Positions 10,556-20,472 of a stretch of DNA of 64,000 nt are shown piece after piece. Both the position numbers and the translations under genes were made by a program. The DNA is from Patescibacteria group bacterium (lineage in GTDB: Bacteria; Patescibacteriota; Microgenomatia; Levybacterales; UBA12049): the NCBI GenBank assembly GCA_038064195.1, contig JBBTTO010000002.1, positions 466,387-530,386 on the forward strand, in the 5' to 3' direction. The notes under the pieces were generated by a model. It was not told the DNA's origin, searched no databases, and was given only the letters and a program-made list of their open reading frames with translations. Numbering within the stretch: position 1 is the stretch's first letter; every line of letters begins with the position of its first letter.

Positions 10556-12211
10556 ATGAAAAAAGCTATTAGGAAGGAATCCCTTCTTTTACTCCTGATT
10601 ATCTCGATTGCGACAGTGCTGCGTTTCTGGCATTTGGGGATTAATCCACCGTCGCTGACCTGGGATGAAGTTGCCTGGGGTTACAATGCGTACTCAATCG
10701 GTATTGACGGCAAAGATGAATTCGGCCGCTTTTTGCCCTACGACTATTTAGAGTCATTCGGGGATTTCAAGCCTCCGCTTTATGCCTATCTGGATGTCCT
10801 CCCGGTAAAAGTTTTCGGACTTAACGAGTTTGCTACCCGCTTCCCATCAAGTCTTTTTGGTGTCCTGAGTGTCCTTGTCACTTATTTTCTGGTTAAGCGT
10901 CTTTTTTACAATTCAAAAAATAAAGAGATGTATGCCTTAGCCGCTACAGGTGTTTTAGCTATCTCTCCCTGGCATATCATGCTCTCGCGTGCTGCGTTTG
11001 AGGCGAATGTGGCATCATTTTTTATAATGACTGGTATCTGGCTATTCTTAGTTGCGGTTGAAGAGCGTCCTTGGCTTCTCCTTCTTAGTGCGATCAGTTT
11101 TGTCTTATCCCTTTATACTTTTAACAGTACACGGATAGTTGCTCCGTTACTTGTGATTTTTCTCGGATTAGTTTTTTACAAAAAATTACTCAACGTTAAA
11201 AAACAGGCAATTGCCGCAGTCATTATCGGACTGTTATTACTGGCTCCGATTCTTGGCTTTCTGCGTTCTCCGCAAGCAGCCTTGCGCTTTCAGGAGGTTA
11301 ATATTTTTACCGACAGCAATATAGTCAAAACTGCCAACAGACAAATTGCCAACGACCATAACGCCTGGTGGTCAAAGATCATTCACAACCGCCGTGTTGG
11401 CTATGCTGAGTCTTTCCTTAAGCATTATTTCGATAATCTCAGCCCAGAATTTTTATTTGTTCACGGCGACGGAAATTTCAAATTTTCAACTCAGAATGTC
11501 GGGCAGCTTTATCTCTGGGAATTACCTTTCTTTATAGCCGGAATTCTTTTCCTGATTAAGAGAAGGGAAGGGTACTGGTGGCTCATCCCTATTTGGCTCC
11601 TTTTAGCGATTATCCCTGCAGCAACGGCTCGTGAGACGCCGCATGCTCTCAGAATTGAGTCATCACTACCTACTTTCCAGATACTGACCGGCTATGGCGC
11701 AAGTCTTTTCCTTTTTTATCTCATATCTTTACCCCGAAAAAAAATAATGCTCAAAAAAGTACTACTCGGAGTTTTTTCTGTTGCAGTTTTGGGTAACATT
11801 ACTTTTTTTCTCCACTCACTTTTTATCCAGTACCCCCGGGAAAGTTCGGGTGAATGGCAGTATGGATATAAGGATGCAATTGCTTATGCCAAATCGGTTG
11901 AGGGGGATTATGATCAGATACGTCTGACCGATGAGTTAGGTCGTCCGTATATATATACGCTTTTTTATCTCAGGATTACACCTCAGGAGTTTCGTTCTAC
12001 ACAACTGGTGACACGGGATAGCTTTGGTTTTGTCCATGTTAACGGCTTTGCTAAGTACCGCTTCGGAAGTGATGAAATCAACAGGAATCCTGAGGAAGGT
12101 AAAAGGACTCTTATTATTGAGATCCCGCGAAAGGTTCCAAGTGGCGTTCGAATTCTTAAGGAATTCCCGTTGTTAAATGGAGATACGGCACTTGAGGCCT
12201 ATACATTTTAA
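10556..12211 (+). CDS. Polytopic GT-C glycosyltransferase (ArnT/GT83-like)
   Basis: PPSLTWDEVAWGYNAYSI..DGKDEFG, ESFGDFKPPLY, AISPWHIMLSRAAFE; ATG 10556 preferred to GTG 10535. Confidence 0.82.
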   Translation: MKKAIRKESLLLLLIISIATVLRFWHLGINPPSLTWDEVAWGYNAYSIGIDGKDEFGRFLPYDYLESFGDFKPPLYAYLDVLPVKVFGLNEFATRFPSSLFGVLSVLVTYFLVKRLFYNSKNKEMYALAATGVLAISPWHIMLSRAAFEANVASFFIMTGIWLFLVAVEERPWLLLLSAISFVLSLYTFNSTRIVAPLLVIFLGLVFYKKLLNVKKQAIAAVIIGLLLLAPILGFLRSPQAALRFQEVNIFTDSNIVKTANRQIANDHNAWWSKIIHNRRVGYAESFLKHYFDNLSPEFLFVHGDGNFKFSTQNVGQLYLWELPFFIAGILFLIKRREGYWWLIPIWLLLAIIPAATARETPHALRIESSLPTFQILTGYGASLFLFYLISLPRKKIMLKKVLLGVFSVAVLGNITFFLHSLFIQYPRESSGEWQYGYKDAIAYAKSVEGDYDQIRLTDELGRPYIYTLFYLRITPQEFRSTQLVTRDSFGFVHVNGFAKYRFGSDEINRNPEEGKRTLIIEIPRKVPSGVRILKEFPLLNGDTALEAYTF

Positions 12212-12212
12212 T

Positions 12213-13877
12213 ATGCTTAGAAGATATCGACTACTTTTTCTGATCGGGATTATATTTTTTGCAGCTGTTTTACGGTTATACCAGCTGGGAGTTACTCCCG
12301 TGTCGCCTGATTGGGATGAGGTGGCACTCGGATACAACGCTTACTCAATTATCCAGACAGGCAAAGACGAGTACGGAGCCTTTTTGCCGGTCGTTCTCAG
12401 GTCTTACGATGATTACAAGCCTGCACTCTATACCTATCTTGCCATTCCTCCGATTTTCGTCTTTGGCTTGACTGTGTTTGCTACCCGGTTGCCCAGTGCT
12501 ATTTTTGGTATTCTGACGATATTTATCACCTATCTTTTGATCCGAGAGGTATTTAAAAAAGAAAGTTTGGCTCTTATTACGAGTTTTCTGTTGGCGATAT
12601 CTCCCTGGCACATCCAGTTCTCTCGTGTTGCTTTTGAGACCAATATCGGTCTGTCACTGAATATCTTGACTGCCTATTTATTTGTTAAGGGTCTAAAAAA
12701 GCCGTGGGTACTTATACTGAGTGCTTTTTCTGCAGGACTGGCAATTTATGCGTACCAGAGTGAAAAAGTTTTTACTCCGTTGTTTGTTCTGGTACTCGTA
12801 CTTATTTTTGCCCGTCAGCTTTTCAGTTTGCCTAAAAAATACCTGCTGACAGCTGCTATTACCGGAATACTGGTTGTAACACCGATGTTTGTTTATATTA
12901 CTTCTCACAAAGAAGCGCTTCTCAGGGCTCAAGCCACACTTGCTTTCTCAGATCAGACGAGCTTTCTCAAAAACCAGATCAAGCGTGTTAATTATGATCA
13001 CCTCCGTAAAGATTATCTGGGGCTTGTTCTTGATAATCGACGCGTTCTTTTTCTTTTGACAGGGGTGGGGGGCTATCTCTCTCATTATGATCTCAACTGG
13101 CTATTTTTTAAAGGCGATTTGACCAGACATCATGCACCGGGTATGGGGCTGATGTATCTCTGGGAGCTCCCGTTTTTGCTTATCGGTCTCTATGCATTGT
13201 TTTTTTCCAGGCTCGAATCCAAGGAGAAGAGAGGGAAGTATCTTTTCTTTGCCTGGTTTTTGTTGGCCCCTGTCCCCGCAGCTTTTACCAGTGACCTTCC
13301 GCATGCGGTCAGGACTCTGAACTTCCTTCCGACATTTCAACTCTTTACTGCCTGGGGTATTTTATCTGCAGTACAAATGATCAGGGTATATAAAGAAAGA
13401 AAAGGGACTATATTTTCAAAATTATTCCCCGTTTTTGTTCTTTGCTTTTTGTTCTTTGCGGTTGGCAACTTTGCTTATTATCTTAATCAATATTTTGTGC
13501 AGCAAAATTATTTTTATTCGAGAGATTGGCAATACGGCTACGCTGATACGGTTGACTATATCAAGAAAGTTGATGCTGATTATGACAAAATTGTCGTGAG
13601 TAATAAGCAGCCACTTGATGATTCGTATATGTTCTTTTTATTTTATCTCAAATATCCGCCCGAAAAATATCAACGTGAGTCTCTTTCCAAATCAGGCGGA
13701 TATGATATACGACATAGCTTCGGTAAATTTGAATTCCGGCCTGTGCACTGGGATACAGAAGTAAAAAAGGATACTATTTTGTATGTTGAAGGAGTTTCTG
13801 AGTATGGGGGAGGAAATATAGTCAAACCGGTTGATTTCCTTGACGGCACTCCGGCCATCAAAATAGTACAAGGATGA
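12213..13877 (+). CDS. Polytopic GT-C glycosyltransferase (ArnT/GT83-like), tandem paralog
   Basis: DWDEVALGYNAYSIIQTGKDEYG, SYDDYKPALY, AISPWHIQFSRVAFE, WQYGY; ATG 12213 preferred to 12177. Confidence 0.82.
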   Translation: MLRRYRLLFLIGIIFFAAVLRLYQLGVTPVSPDWDEVALGYNAYSIIQTGKDEYGAFLPVVLRSYDDYKPALYTYLAIPPIFVFGLTVFATRLPSAIFGILTIFITYLLIREVFKKESLALITSFLLAISPWHIQFSRVAFETNIGLSLNILTAYLFVKGLKKPWVLILSAFSAGLAIYAYQSEKVFTPLFVLVLVLIFARQLFSLPKKYLLTAAITGILVVTPMFVYITSHKEALLRAQATLAFSDQTSFLKNQIKRVNYDHLRKDYLGLVLDNRRVLFLLTGVGGYLSHYDLNWLFFKGDLTRHHAPGMGLMYLWELPFLLIGLYALFFSRLESKEKRGKYLFFAWFLLAPVPAAFTSDLPHAVRTLNFLPTFQLFTAWGILSAVQMIRVYKERKGTIFSKLFPVFVLCFLFFAVGNFAYYLNQYFVQQNYFYSRDWQYGYADTVDYIKKVDADYDKIVVSNKQPLDDSYMFFLFYLKYPPEKYQRESLSKSGGYDIRHSFGKFEFRPVHWDTEVKKDTILYVEGVSEYGGGNIVKPVDFLDGTPAIKIVQG

Positions 13878-15514
13878 AAAAAAACGTCTGGCTCATTGCT
13901 CTTATTCTTTTGTCTCTCCTGCCGCTTTTCCCGTTAATTCATCCCGGGCTGCCGGTTACTCATGACGGGAAAGATCATGTAGCGCGTATTGCCAACTTTT
14001 TTCAAAATCTGCAGGAGGGAGTTCTGATACCTCGTTGGGCTGGCAATCTCAACTGGGGATACGGGCACCCTGTGCTGATGTTTTTGTATCCGCTTCCCTC
14101 ATATATTGCCTCATTTTTTAGAGTACTCGGATTTTCTTTCATTGATAGTACCAAGCTCGTTTTTGCAAGCTCGTATGTCCTCAGCGGTATCACGATGTAT
14201 ATCTGGCTTAAAAGCTTTCTTAGGCGGGAGTCAGCTTTTCTGGGGAGTATACTTTATCTGTTTGCATCATATCGTTTTATTGATCTCTACGTCAGAGGTG
14301 CACTTGGTGAACATGTTGCTTTCATATTTCCGCCACTCATTTGTTATTTCCTTTATCACATGACCACAAAGCGTATGAGCAAATACGCTCTTTTTGCCGG
14401 CATCTCAATAGCCGGACTGATTTTGGCGCATGATGCGATCAGTATTATCTTTTTACCCTTTATTGTTATCTATGCGTGTTTTTTGGTCTTTTTACAAAAT
14501 AAAAAAAAGAAAGCAGCTATTGAGGCTGCATCAAGTGTAGTTTTGGGTTTTGTCCTCTCCGGCTTTTTCTGGATACCTGCGTTTTTTGAAGGCAAATACA
14601 CACTTCGTGATATTGTTGCATCTCACGACTTCTCACATTCCTTATTTTCACTTAGCAAATATATTTACAGTCCCTGGAGTTTTGGTATTTCAGGACAGTT
14701 CAGCCTGCAAATCGGTATTATTCAATGGGTGATCGTGTTGCTGACTAGCAGTTTGATGATAATCTATCGGAAGAAAATTCAGAAAAAAGACAGGCTTCTT
14801 TTGTCTGTTCTTATTGTTTTTTTTATTCTTACAGTCGGTATTATGACGCCGGTCTCACAACCGTTCTGGGATCACGTTAGTTTGATTCAAAAATTCCAGT
14901 TCCCCTGGAGATTTCTGTCTCTTGCCGTTTTTATAACAAGTGTGATCGCAGCTGTTGCATCAAATCTTCTTCCGGACAAATTCAGGAAAGCTACCGTTAT
15001 ACTTGCTGTAATTTCGGTAATGGTGACGATTCCTTATTGGAAGGTGAACGGTTATTATATGCGGCCCGACAGTTTTTTTTCAGGAATTTATGCCGGGACA
15101 ACCGATACGGGTGAAAGCTCGCCACGATGGTCGGTTCGCTTCATGGAGCAACAACCTCAAAGCCATCTTGAGTTTATCAGCGGTAAAGGCAGGATTGAAG
15201 AACGAGAACATATGTCGACTTTTCATCATTACACGGTTGAGGCAGGAACTCAGGTGCAACTACGTGAAAACACGGTTTATTTTCCCGGCTGGAGAGTTTT
15301 GCTTAACAACTCACCCTTTCCTGTCGAGTTTCAAGACACACATAATAGAGGTGTTATGACTTTCACCATACCGGCAGGGAAGCATGATGTAGTAGTTGCT
15401 TTTGCTGAAACAAAGCTGCGCTTCCTGGCAGATGCTATCAGTCTTTTTGGATTGCTCATCCTGGCTATCTCATTTATACTAATGAGGACCACATTATGGA
15501 AACGATTTCAGTAG
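13874..15514 (+). CDS. Membrane protein of the PTPS_related/YfhO-like GT-C group
   Basis: THDG..HVAR, PRWAGNLNWGYGHP..FLYPL, YVRGALGE, QFPWRFL, YFPGW. Confidence 0.72.
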   Translation: MKKNVWLIALILLSLLPLFPLIHPGLPVTHDGKDHVARIANFFQNLQEGVLIPRWAGNLNWGYGHPVLMFLYPLPSYIASFFRVLGFSFIDSTKLVFASSYVLSGITMYIWLKSFLRRESAFLGSILYLFASYRFIDLYVRGALGEHVAFIFPPLICYFLYHMTTKRMSKYALFAGISIAGLILAHDAISIIFLPFIVIYACFLVFLQNKKKKAAIEAASSVVLGFVLSGFFWIPAFFEGKYTLRDIVASHDFSHSLFSLSKYIYSPWSFGISGQFSLQIGIIQWVIVLLTSSLMIIYRKKIQKKDRLLLSVLIVFFILTVGIMTPVSQPFWDHVSLIQKFQFPWRFLSLAVFITSVIAAVASNLLPDKFRKATVILAVISVMVTIPYWKVNGYYMRPDSFFSGIYAGTTDTGESSPRWSVRFMEQQPQSHLEFISGKGRIEEREHMSTFHHYTVEAGTQVQLRENTVYFPGWRVLLNNSPFPVEFQDTHNRGVMTFTIPAGKHDVVVAFAETKLRFLADAISLFGLLILAISFILMRTTLWKRFQ

Positions 15515-16272
15515 TCCTTGCGACATTTAATGAAGAAAAGAATTTAGCTGCTTGTCTTGAGTCTGTCAAAGATTTAGCTCAGGAGATTATCATCGTTGAC
15601 GGTACGTCAAAAGACAGGACAGTTGAAATAGCAAAAAGTTTTGGAGCTAAAGTCTTAGTCACCACCAATCCGCCTATTTTTCATATTAATAAGCAAAAAG
15701 CCATCGATATGGCCACCAAGGACTGGGTCCTGCAGCTTGATGCCGATGAGCGGGTTAGTCCGGAGCTTGCAAAAGAAATAAGGGAAGTTATCTCCAAAGA
15801 TCCACCATCCAAGACCGACGAACCAATTAATGGGTACTGGTTACCCCGCAAGAATTTTTTCCTCGGGCGCTTCCTCATGAAAGGCGGACAATATCCTGAC
15901 TATACCCTCAGGCTCTATCGCAAGGGCACAGGCCGCCTCCCACAGAAAGATGTTCATGAACAAGCTAGAGTTGAGGGCAAGGTAGGATATCTGACTCATC
16001 CGCTTACCCATATTGCAGATCCTGAGTTCGGGAGGTATCTGATGCGTTTTAAGAGATACACTAATTTACTGGCAGATGAATACGTGGATAAAAAAATCGG
16101 CAAAAATCCCTATACATTTAGCAAATATATGCTGGTAATGCCAACTTACTGGTTCATTCTTCAATACGGAAGGCATAAGGGATTTATGGATTCGTGGCAG
16201 GGCTTTGTTTTCTCACTTTTCTCCTCCCTTCGTTTTCCTGTCAGCTATCTTAAGTATTTGGGGAGGAAATAA
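15496..16272 (+). CDS. GT2 family glycosyltransferase, KdtX/WaaE-like (paralog of 548-1306)
   Basis: SVVLATFNEE, VDGTSKDRT, QLDADERVSPEL, YPDYTLRLYR, VHE. Confidence 0.87.
   Translation: METISVVLATFNEEKNLAACLESVKDLAQEIIIVDGTSKDRTVEIAKSFGAKVLVTTNPPIFHINKQKAIDMATKDWVLQLDADERVSPELAKEIREVISKDPPSKTDEPINGYWLPRKNFFLGRFLMKGGQYPDYTLRLYRKGTGRLPQKDVHEQARVEGKVGYLTHPLTHIADPEFGRYLMRFKRYTNLLADEYVDKKIGKNPYTFSKYMLVMPTYWFILQYGRHKGFMDSWQGFVFSLFSSLRFPVSYLKYLGRK
15796..15823 (+). repeat. Degenerate 7-nt tandem repeat inside the CDS
   Basis: aaagatc caccatc caagacc gacgaac; this loop is about 6 aa longer than in the paralog at 548. Confidence 0.35.
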
Positions 16273-17816
16273 CTATAAAAAAAATTGCGTCTGTTACCTC
16301 CGATACCCGTTTTTTAGCAGTTCTGAGTCTGTTACTTCTCAGTATTCCGTTTCTTATAGCATCATTCATGGTTCTCTCAGGGAGTATCCCTTTTTGGTAC
16401 GATCCGGCCCGCGATTTTTTACTCGCCTGGGATAATCTCTCCAAGCTGACTCTTATCGGCCCGACGACGGGAATCCCCGGAGTATTTTACGGTCCGTACT
16501 GGGTCTGGTTTATAAGTCTTGGCCTGCTTGTCAGTAGAGACCCGCGGGTTCCGATTATGCTCGTCCAGACTATTCCCCTTACGCTCATTATTCCTTTTTT
16601 CTTCATGCGCCAAAAAGAGTTTTCCAGACTGTCTCTTCTTTCAGTATGGCTTCTTTTCATGGTCGGATACGGTATCAACTATGCTGCCATGCCGTGGAAT
16701 CCGCAGATTGCTCCTGTTTTTCTTATCCTGTTATTTTTTATTATTGCCCGGACAGAAGTTGCATCTTCCGGCCGTAGTCTGTACAAAAATGGGCTTTTGC
16801 TGGGAATATGTCTTGGCCTTTTAATGAATGTTCATATCTCCTTCGGGCTTGCGACTGTTTTGGGTACGGCTCTTTATTTTCTGTTATGTTTTGTCTTAAC
16901 AGATACGCGACTCAAAAAAAGATCTCTTTTATGGCAAAGCCTTAAAAAACAAGCGTTATTCGGTACATGTGCCATAGGTGCTTTTTTGTTGACTTTTGCT
17001 CCTTTTTTCTTATTTGAGATTCGTCATAATTTTCTTCAGACAAAAAGTATAGTTGCAGCACTATTGAGTGATCACGCTGTGGTTGGGGTTAAAGGTCTAA
17101 CAAAGCCCGATATTCTCAATCAGTTTATTGACAGATTAGCTGAATTTTTATCGCTTCCGCACGCGATCGCAATAGGTGTGGTTTTGCTACTTGGGATCGT
17201 CTTTATCAAACGGGGTAAAAAACAGACGTTTTTTTCTCAAGGGGGAAAGAGGATATTTTTTTATGCTTTGTCCATTCTTGCAAGTATTTTTACAATTTAT
17301 TTAACTTCCAAAAATCCTATCTGGGCATATCATTTTATCGGTGTGGATGTCCTTTTTATGTTTATAGTCCTGGTGCTTATAGATAAAAGTAAGATTGCAC
17401 GCTGGCTGTTTTTTATATGGATGATCTATGTGCTGGGAACGTTTGCCCTCACTTTTGCCTCCGGACTCAATCGGGATGTGCTCCGTCTTATTGATCTAAA
17501 ATCAAAAGAAGTTATTACCCAAATGATCCGTGATGATGCAGGGGCAAGAGAGTATACTGTCTTTCCGTACAATCCCGCTATTTATTCATACGAATATGCC
17601 TACCTTTTTCGCAGTCTCGCTCATAAAGAGGTGTCCTATGATCCCGGTCAGACACCAATTGGGAGTAAGCTTTCGTATGTCCTCGTTTCCTCGCTTTCTG
17701 ATCCTCTTCAGCAAGACTTCATTAACTTTAGAACGAATAATAAAATATATAGTACAACGAAGACATGGGTACGACCCGATGGTACCATTATTCTCAGACG
17801 TGAAATAAAACCATGA
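16269..17816 (+). CDS. Polytopic GT-C-like membrane protein, probable non-canonical (ATA) start
   Basis: FWYDPARD..LIGP.TGIPG.FYGPYW, WNP, FEIRHNFLQ; frame open from 16254 and encodes a hydrophobic first TM upstream of ATG 16368. Confidence 0.7.
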   Translation: MTIKKIASVTSDTRFLAVLSLLLLSIPFLIASFMVLSGSIPFWYDPARDFLLAWDNLSKLTLIGPTTGIPGVFYGPYWVWFISLGLLVSRDPRVPIMLVQTIPLTLIIPFFFMRQKEFSRLSLLSVWLLFMVGYGINYAAMPWNPQIAPVFLILLFFIIARTEVASSGRSLYKNGLLLGICLGLLMNVHISFGLATVLGTALYFLLCFVLTDTRLKKRSLLWQSLKKQALFGTCAIGAFLLTFAPFFLFEIRHNFLQTKSIVAALLSDHAVVGVKGLTKPDILNQFIDRLAEFLSLPHAIAIGVVLLLGIVFIKRGKKQTFFSQGGKRIFFYALSILASIFTIYLTSKNPIWAYHFIGVDVLFMFIVLVLIDKSKIARWLFFIWMIYVLGTFALTFASGLNRDVLRLIDLKSKEVITQMIRDDAGAREYTVFPYNPAIYSYEYAYLFRSLAHKEVSYDPGQTPIGSKLSYVLVSSLSDPLQQDFINFRTNNKIYSTTKTWVRPDGTIILRREIKP

Positions 17817-19411
17817 AACATTCTGCTATAACTTTCCTTAGCAACAAATGTAAAGACAGGTGGTTTTTGTCTTTACTTGTTGTTTTTGTTATTGCTGCAT
17901 GTATTCGTTTGTATGCACTGCCTTTATATATCAGTATCGGCGGAGACGATGCGCGGGATATAGCGATAGCCAAAGAGTCAATCCGTCTCCATAGCCTTCC
18001 TCGATTCGGCTCCTTCAGTTCGGCAGGGCCATTTGTTTTCGGACCTCTTTTTTATTGGGTGTTGATTCTCAGTTACATTATTTTACCGTTTACGCTTTTT
18101 GCTCCGTGGATACTGACTATCCTTGCCAGTCTATTCACGGTGATTATTATGATGGTCATCGGTAAAAAACTCGGGGGGACAGGACTTGGCATAACTCTTG
18201 GAGTCTTAACGGCTTTTTCTCCTCAGTTGATCACGCGATCAGTAGTTGTCGGACAGCATACGTATGTCGGAGTCTTTACCGCTCTTGTCATTCTCTTCTT
18301 GATTCTTCTTTGGCAAAAGCCCTCCAAGCTCTATTCTTTTCTCCTTGGAGTTATGATCGGAGTTGCTATAAATATGCATTACCAAGCTCTTAATCTTTTT
18401 GTCGTTATTCCTTTTGTGTTTTTTATCCCGAGGGTAGCGTTTACAAAGAAAATTATTTTTGTTGCCTTACTCGTCATAGGCATTGTAATTCCGTCAGTAC
18501 CACTTCTTACATGGGATGCGCGTCAGCAGTTTGCTAATATGCGTAATATTCTTGACTACTTTCTGATTGCTCAGTACAGGATATATGTTCCCAATAGTTG
18601 GAAAATTTTTCTGTTTTCGTTCCTTCCCAATTTTTGGTCATATGTCAGCGGCGGATGGTATGGCTTAGGTTTAACTGCCATGGCTATAGCGGGAATCGGC
18701 GCATTGTTACATGTCAAAAAAAATGCTTTACGGTTGACTACCTGTCTTTATATAATTGTTGTGGTTTTTCTCCTCATCAACAGATACTACAAAGGCGAAC
18801 GATCAGAGGGATACTTACTCTATGTGACTCCTTTTATCCTGATCATTACCGGTATAGGGATACTGGAGATCTCATCTTTCATAGCCGGTTTTTTTAGAAA
18901 AAAGCCTATATCCCGTTATATTCAGTATGGCATGATTACTTTTTTCCTTGTTGTTTTTATGACCGGTAGTTTGTCGCGGACTCTCGCACCTCTTAAAGGA
19001 CACCATGCCCTATCAGATATCAAAAAGACCGTTACCGCTCTCAAAAACGCCAGACCGGGTAAAACATTCGCTCTCTACGGTCAGCATTTTAATAATTATA
19101 ATCAAACGACAGCCATGAGCGCCTTTATGGCACAGGAGCATCTTGAAGATACTCTGGGAATTCCGATCGGTATGTTTTGTCCGGGGGCCTATAAAAAAAA
19201 TAAGTTTCCGGTAATCACGAGTACTGTCGAAAATTGTAAAATAGATGATTTGTCAAAATTGAACAATTCAGCGCTCAAAAAAGACGGTTGGGTACTTATC
19301 AGCCAACAGAGCCTTTATGATGATCTTATCAGTCACTGGGAGACAAATCGTCTAACCTCAACATTCTCGTTCGTCGATTTTGTAAAGTCACGTCTCACAC
19401 ATAGTCAGTGA
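17813..19411 (+). CDS. Polytopic GT-C glycosyltransferase (GT83/PMT_2-like)
   Basis: TM ending IRLY, GDDARD, GSFSSAGPFVFGPLFYW, AINMHYQ; many TMs. Confidence 0.72.
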   Translation: MKHSAITFLSNKCKDRWFLSLLVVFVIAACIRLYALPLYISIGGDDARDIAIAKESIRLHSLPRFGSFSSAGPFVFGPLFYWVLILSYIILPFTLFAPWILTILASLFTVIIMMVIGKKLGGTGLGITLGVLTAFSPQLITRSVVVGQHTYVGVFTALVILFLILLWQKPSKLYSFLLGVMIGVAINMHYQALNLFVVIPFVFFIPRVAFTKKIIFVALLVIGIVIPSVPLLTWDARQQFANMRNILDYFLIAQYRIYVPNSWKIFLFSFLPNFWSYVSGGWYGLGLTAMAIAGIGALLHVKKNALRLTTCLYIIVVVFLLINRYYKGERSEGYLLYVTPFILIITGIGILEISSFIAGFFRKKPISRYIQYGMITFFLVVFMTGSLSRTLAPLKGHHALSDIKKTVTALKNARPGKTFALYGQHFNNYNQTTAMSAFMAQEHLEDTLGIPIGMFCPGAYKKNKFPVITSTVENCKIDDLSKLNNSALKKDGWVLISQQSLYDDLISHWETNRLTSTFSFVDFVKSRLTHSQ

Positions 19412-19421
19412 GAAAGTTTTT

Positions 19422-19430
19422 TGTTACAAT
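19422..19430 (+). promoter_or_regulatory. Extended -10 element for galE
   Basis: TG-t-TACAAT, 9 nt before ATG 19440. Confidence 0.5.
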
Positions 19431-19439
19431 GGGACTACG

Positions 19440-20414
19440 ATGAAGATACTTGTAACAGGCGGTGCGGGCTATATCGGAAGCTTTATGGTAAAGCGTCTGC
19501 TTGATGACGGTTATGAGGTGGTTGTGCTTGACAGCATGGAGCGGGGCTACGTTGAAGCACTTGACCCGCGAGCCACCTTTGTTAAAGGCACGACGTTGGA
19601 TAAGGTATTCCTCCAGCTGGTTTTTGCAGAACACTCCTTTGATGCAGTTTTTCATTTTGCAGCCTATATTTCAGTTGCCGAATCAGTTGATCGTCCGGGC
19701 CTTTATTTTGCTAACAATGTTTTCGGTACTCTTAATCTCTTGGAGCAAATGGTTAAGCATAAGGTAAGCCGTATTATTTTCTCCTCCACTGCTGCCGTCT
19801 ATGGTAACCCTCAGCAGATCCCGATCCCCGAGGATCATCCCAAAGTCCCTGAGAATCCTTATGGTGAGAGTAAGCTGATGGTTGAGCATATACTTTCCTG
19901 GTTTCAAAGATCGCATAATATCCGTTATGTTGCTTTTCGCTATTTTAATGCCTCAGGTGCGGCTTTGGATGGGAGTATGGGGGAGAGGCACGAGCCCGAG
20001 ACCCACATCATCCCCAACGCTATTAAAGCGCTCCTTAATAAGAAAACTTTCACCCTTTATGGTAACGACTACGATACCCCGGATCATACGTGTGTGAGAG
20101 ATTATATTCATGTTCTGGATCTGGTTGAAGCTCATATAGTCGGTCTCAATAAAATTCTGCAAGTTGAGGGTGGACACACCTATAATGTAGGGACGGGAAA
20201 AGGTTTTTCTAATAAAGAGATCATTGATATGATTGAGGAAGTGGCCGGAGAGCAGCTCGTTATCGAGCAAGCGCCACGTCGGCCGGGAGATGCTGACGAA
20301 TTGACTGCTGATCCGACCAGGATTAAAAATGATCTCGGGTTTGTCCCGAGTTACTCTGATCTTAAAACTATTATTTCTTCTGCCTGGAAATGGCATAGTC
20401 AGCGTCATCCTTGA
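19440..20414 (+). CDS. galE: UDP-glucose 4-epimerase
   Basis: TGGAGYIGS, HFAA..SVAESV, FSSTAAVYG, YGESK, RYFNASGA, RDYIHVLDL, RRPGD. Confidence 0.93.
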   Translation: MKILVTGGAGYIGSFMVKRLLDDGYEVVVLDSMERGYVEALDPRATFVKGTTLDKVFLQLVFAEHSFDAVFHFAAYISVAESVDRPGLYFANNVFGTLNLLEQMVKHKVSRIIFSSTAAVYGNPQQIPIPEDHPKVPENPYGESKLMVEHILSWFQRSHNIRYVAFRYFNASGAALDGSMGERHEPETHIIPNAIKALLNKKTFTLYGNDYDTPDHTCVRDYIHVLDLVEAHIVGLNKILQVEGGHTYNVGTGKGFSNKEIIDMIEEVAGEQLVIEQAPRRPGDADELTADPTRIKNDLGFVPSYSDLKTIISSAWKWHSQRHP

Positions 20415-20472
20415 TGAGCTTCTTTGTCTTCTCCTCTTTACCTCAAAAGCGCTATAATAAAGATGCTGACGT

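Noticed and set aside
13874-15514. 6-pyruvoyl-tetrahydropterin synthase activity implied by the family name PTPS_related
   Set aside because: The protein is a polytopic membrane protein with GT-C features and no T-fold PTPS motifs
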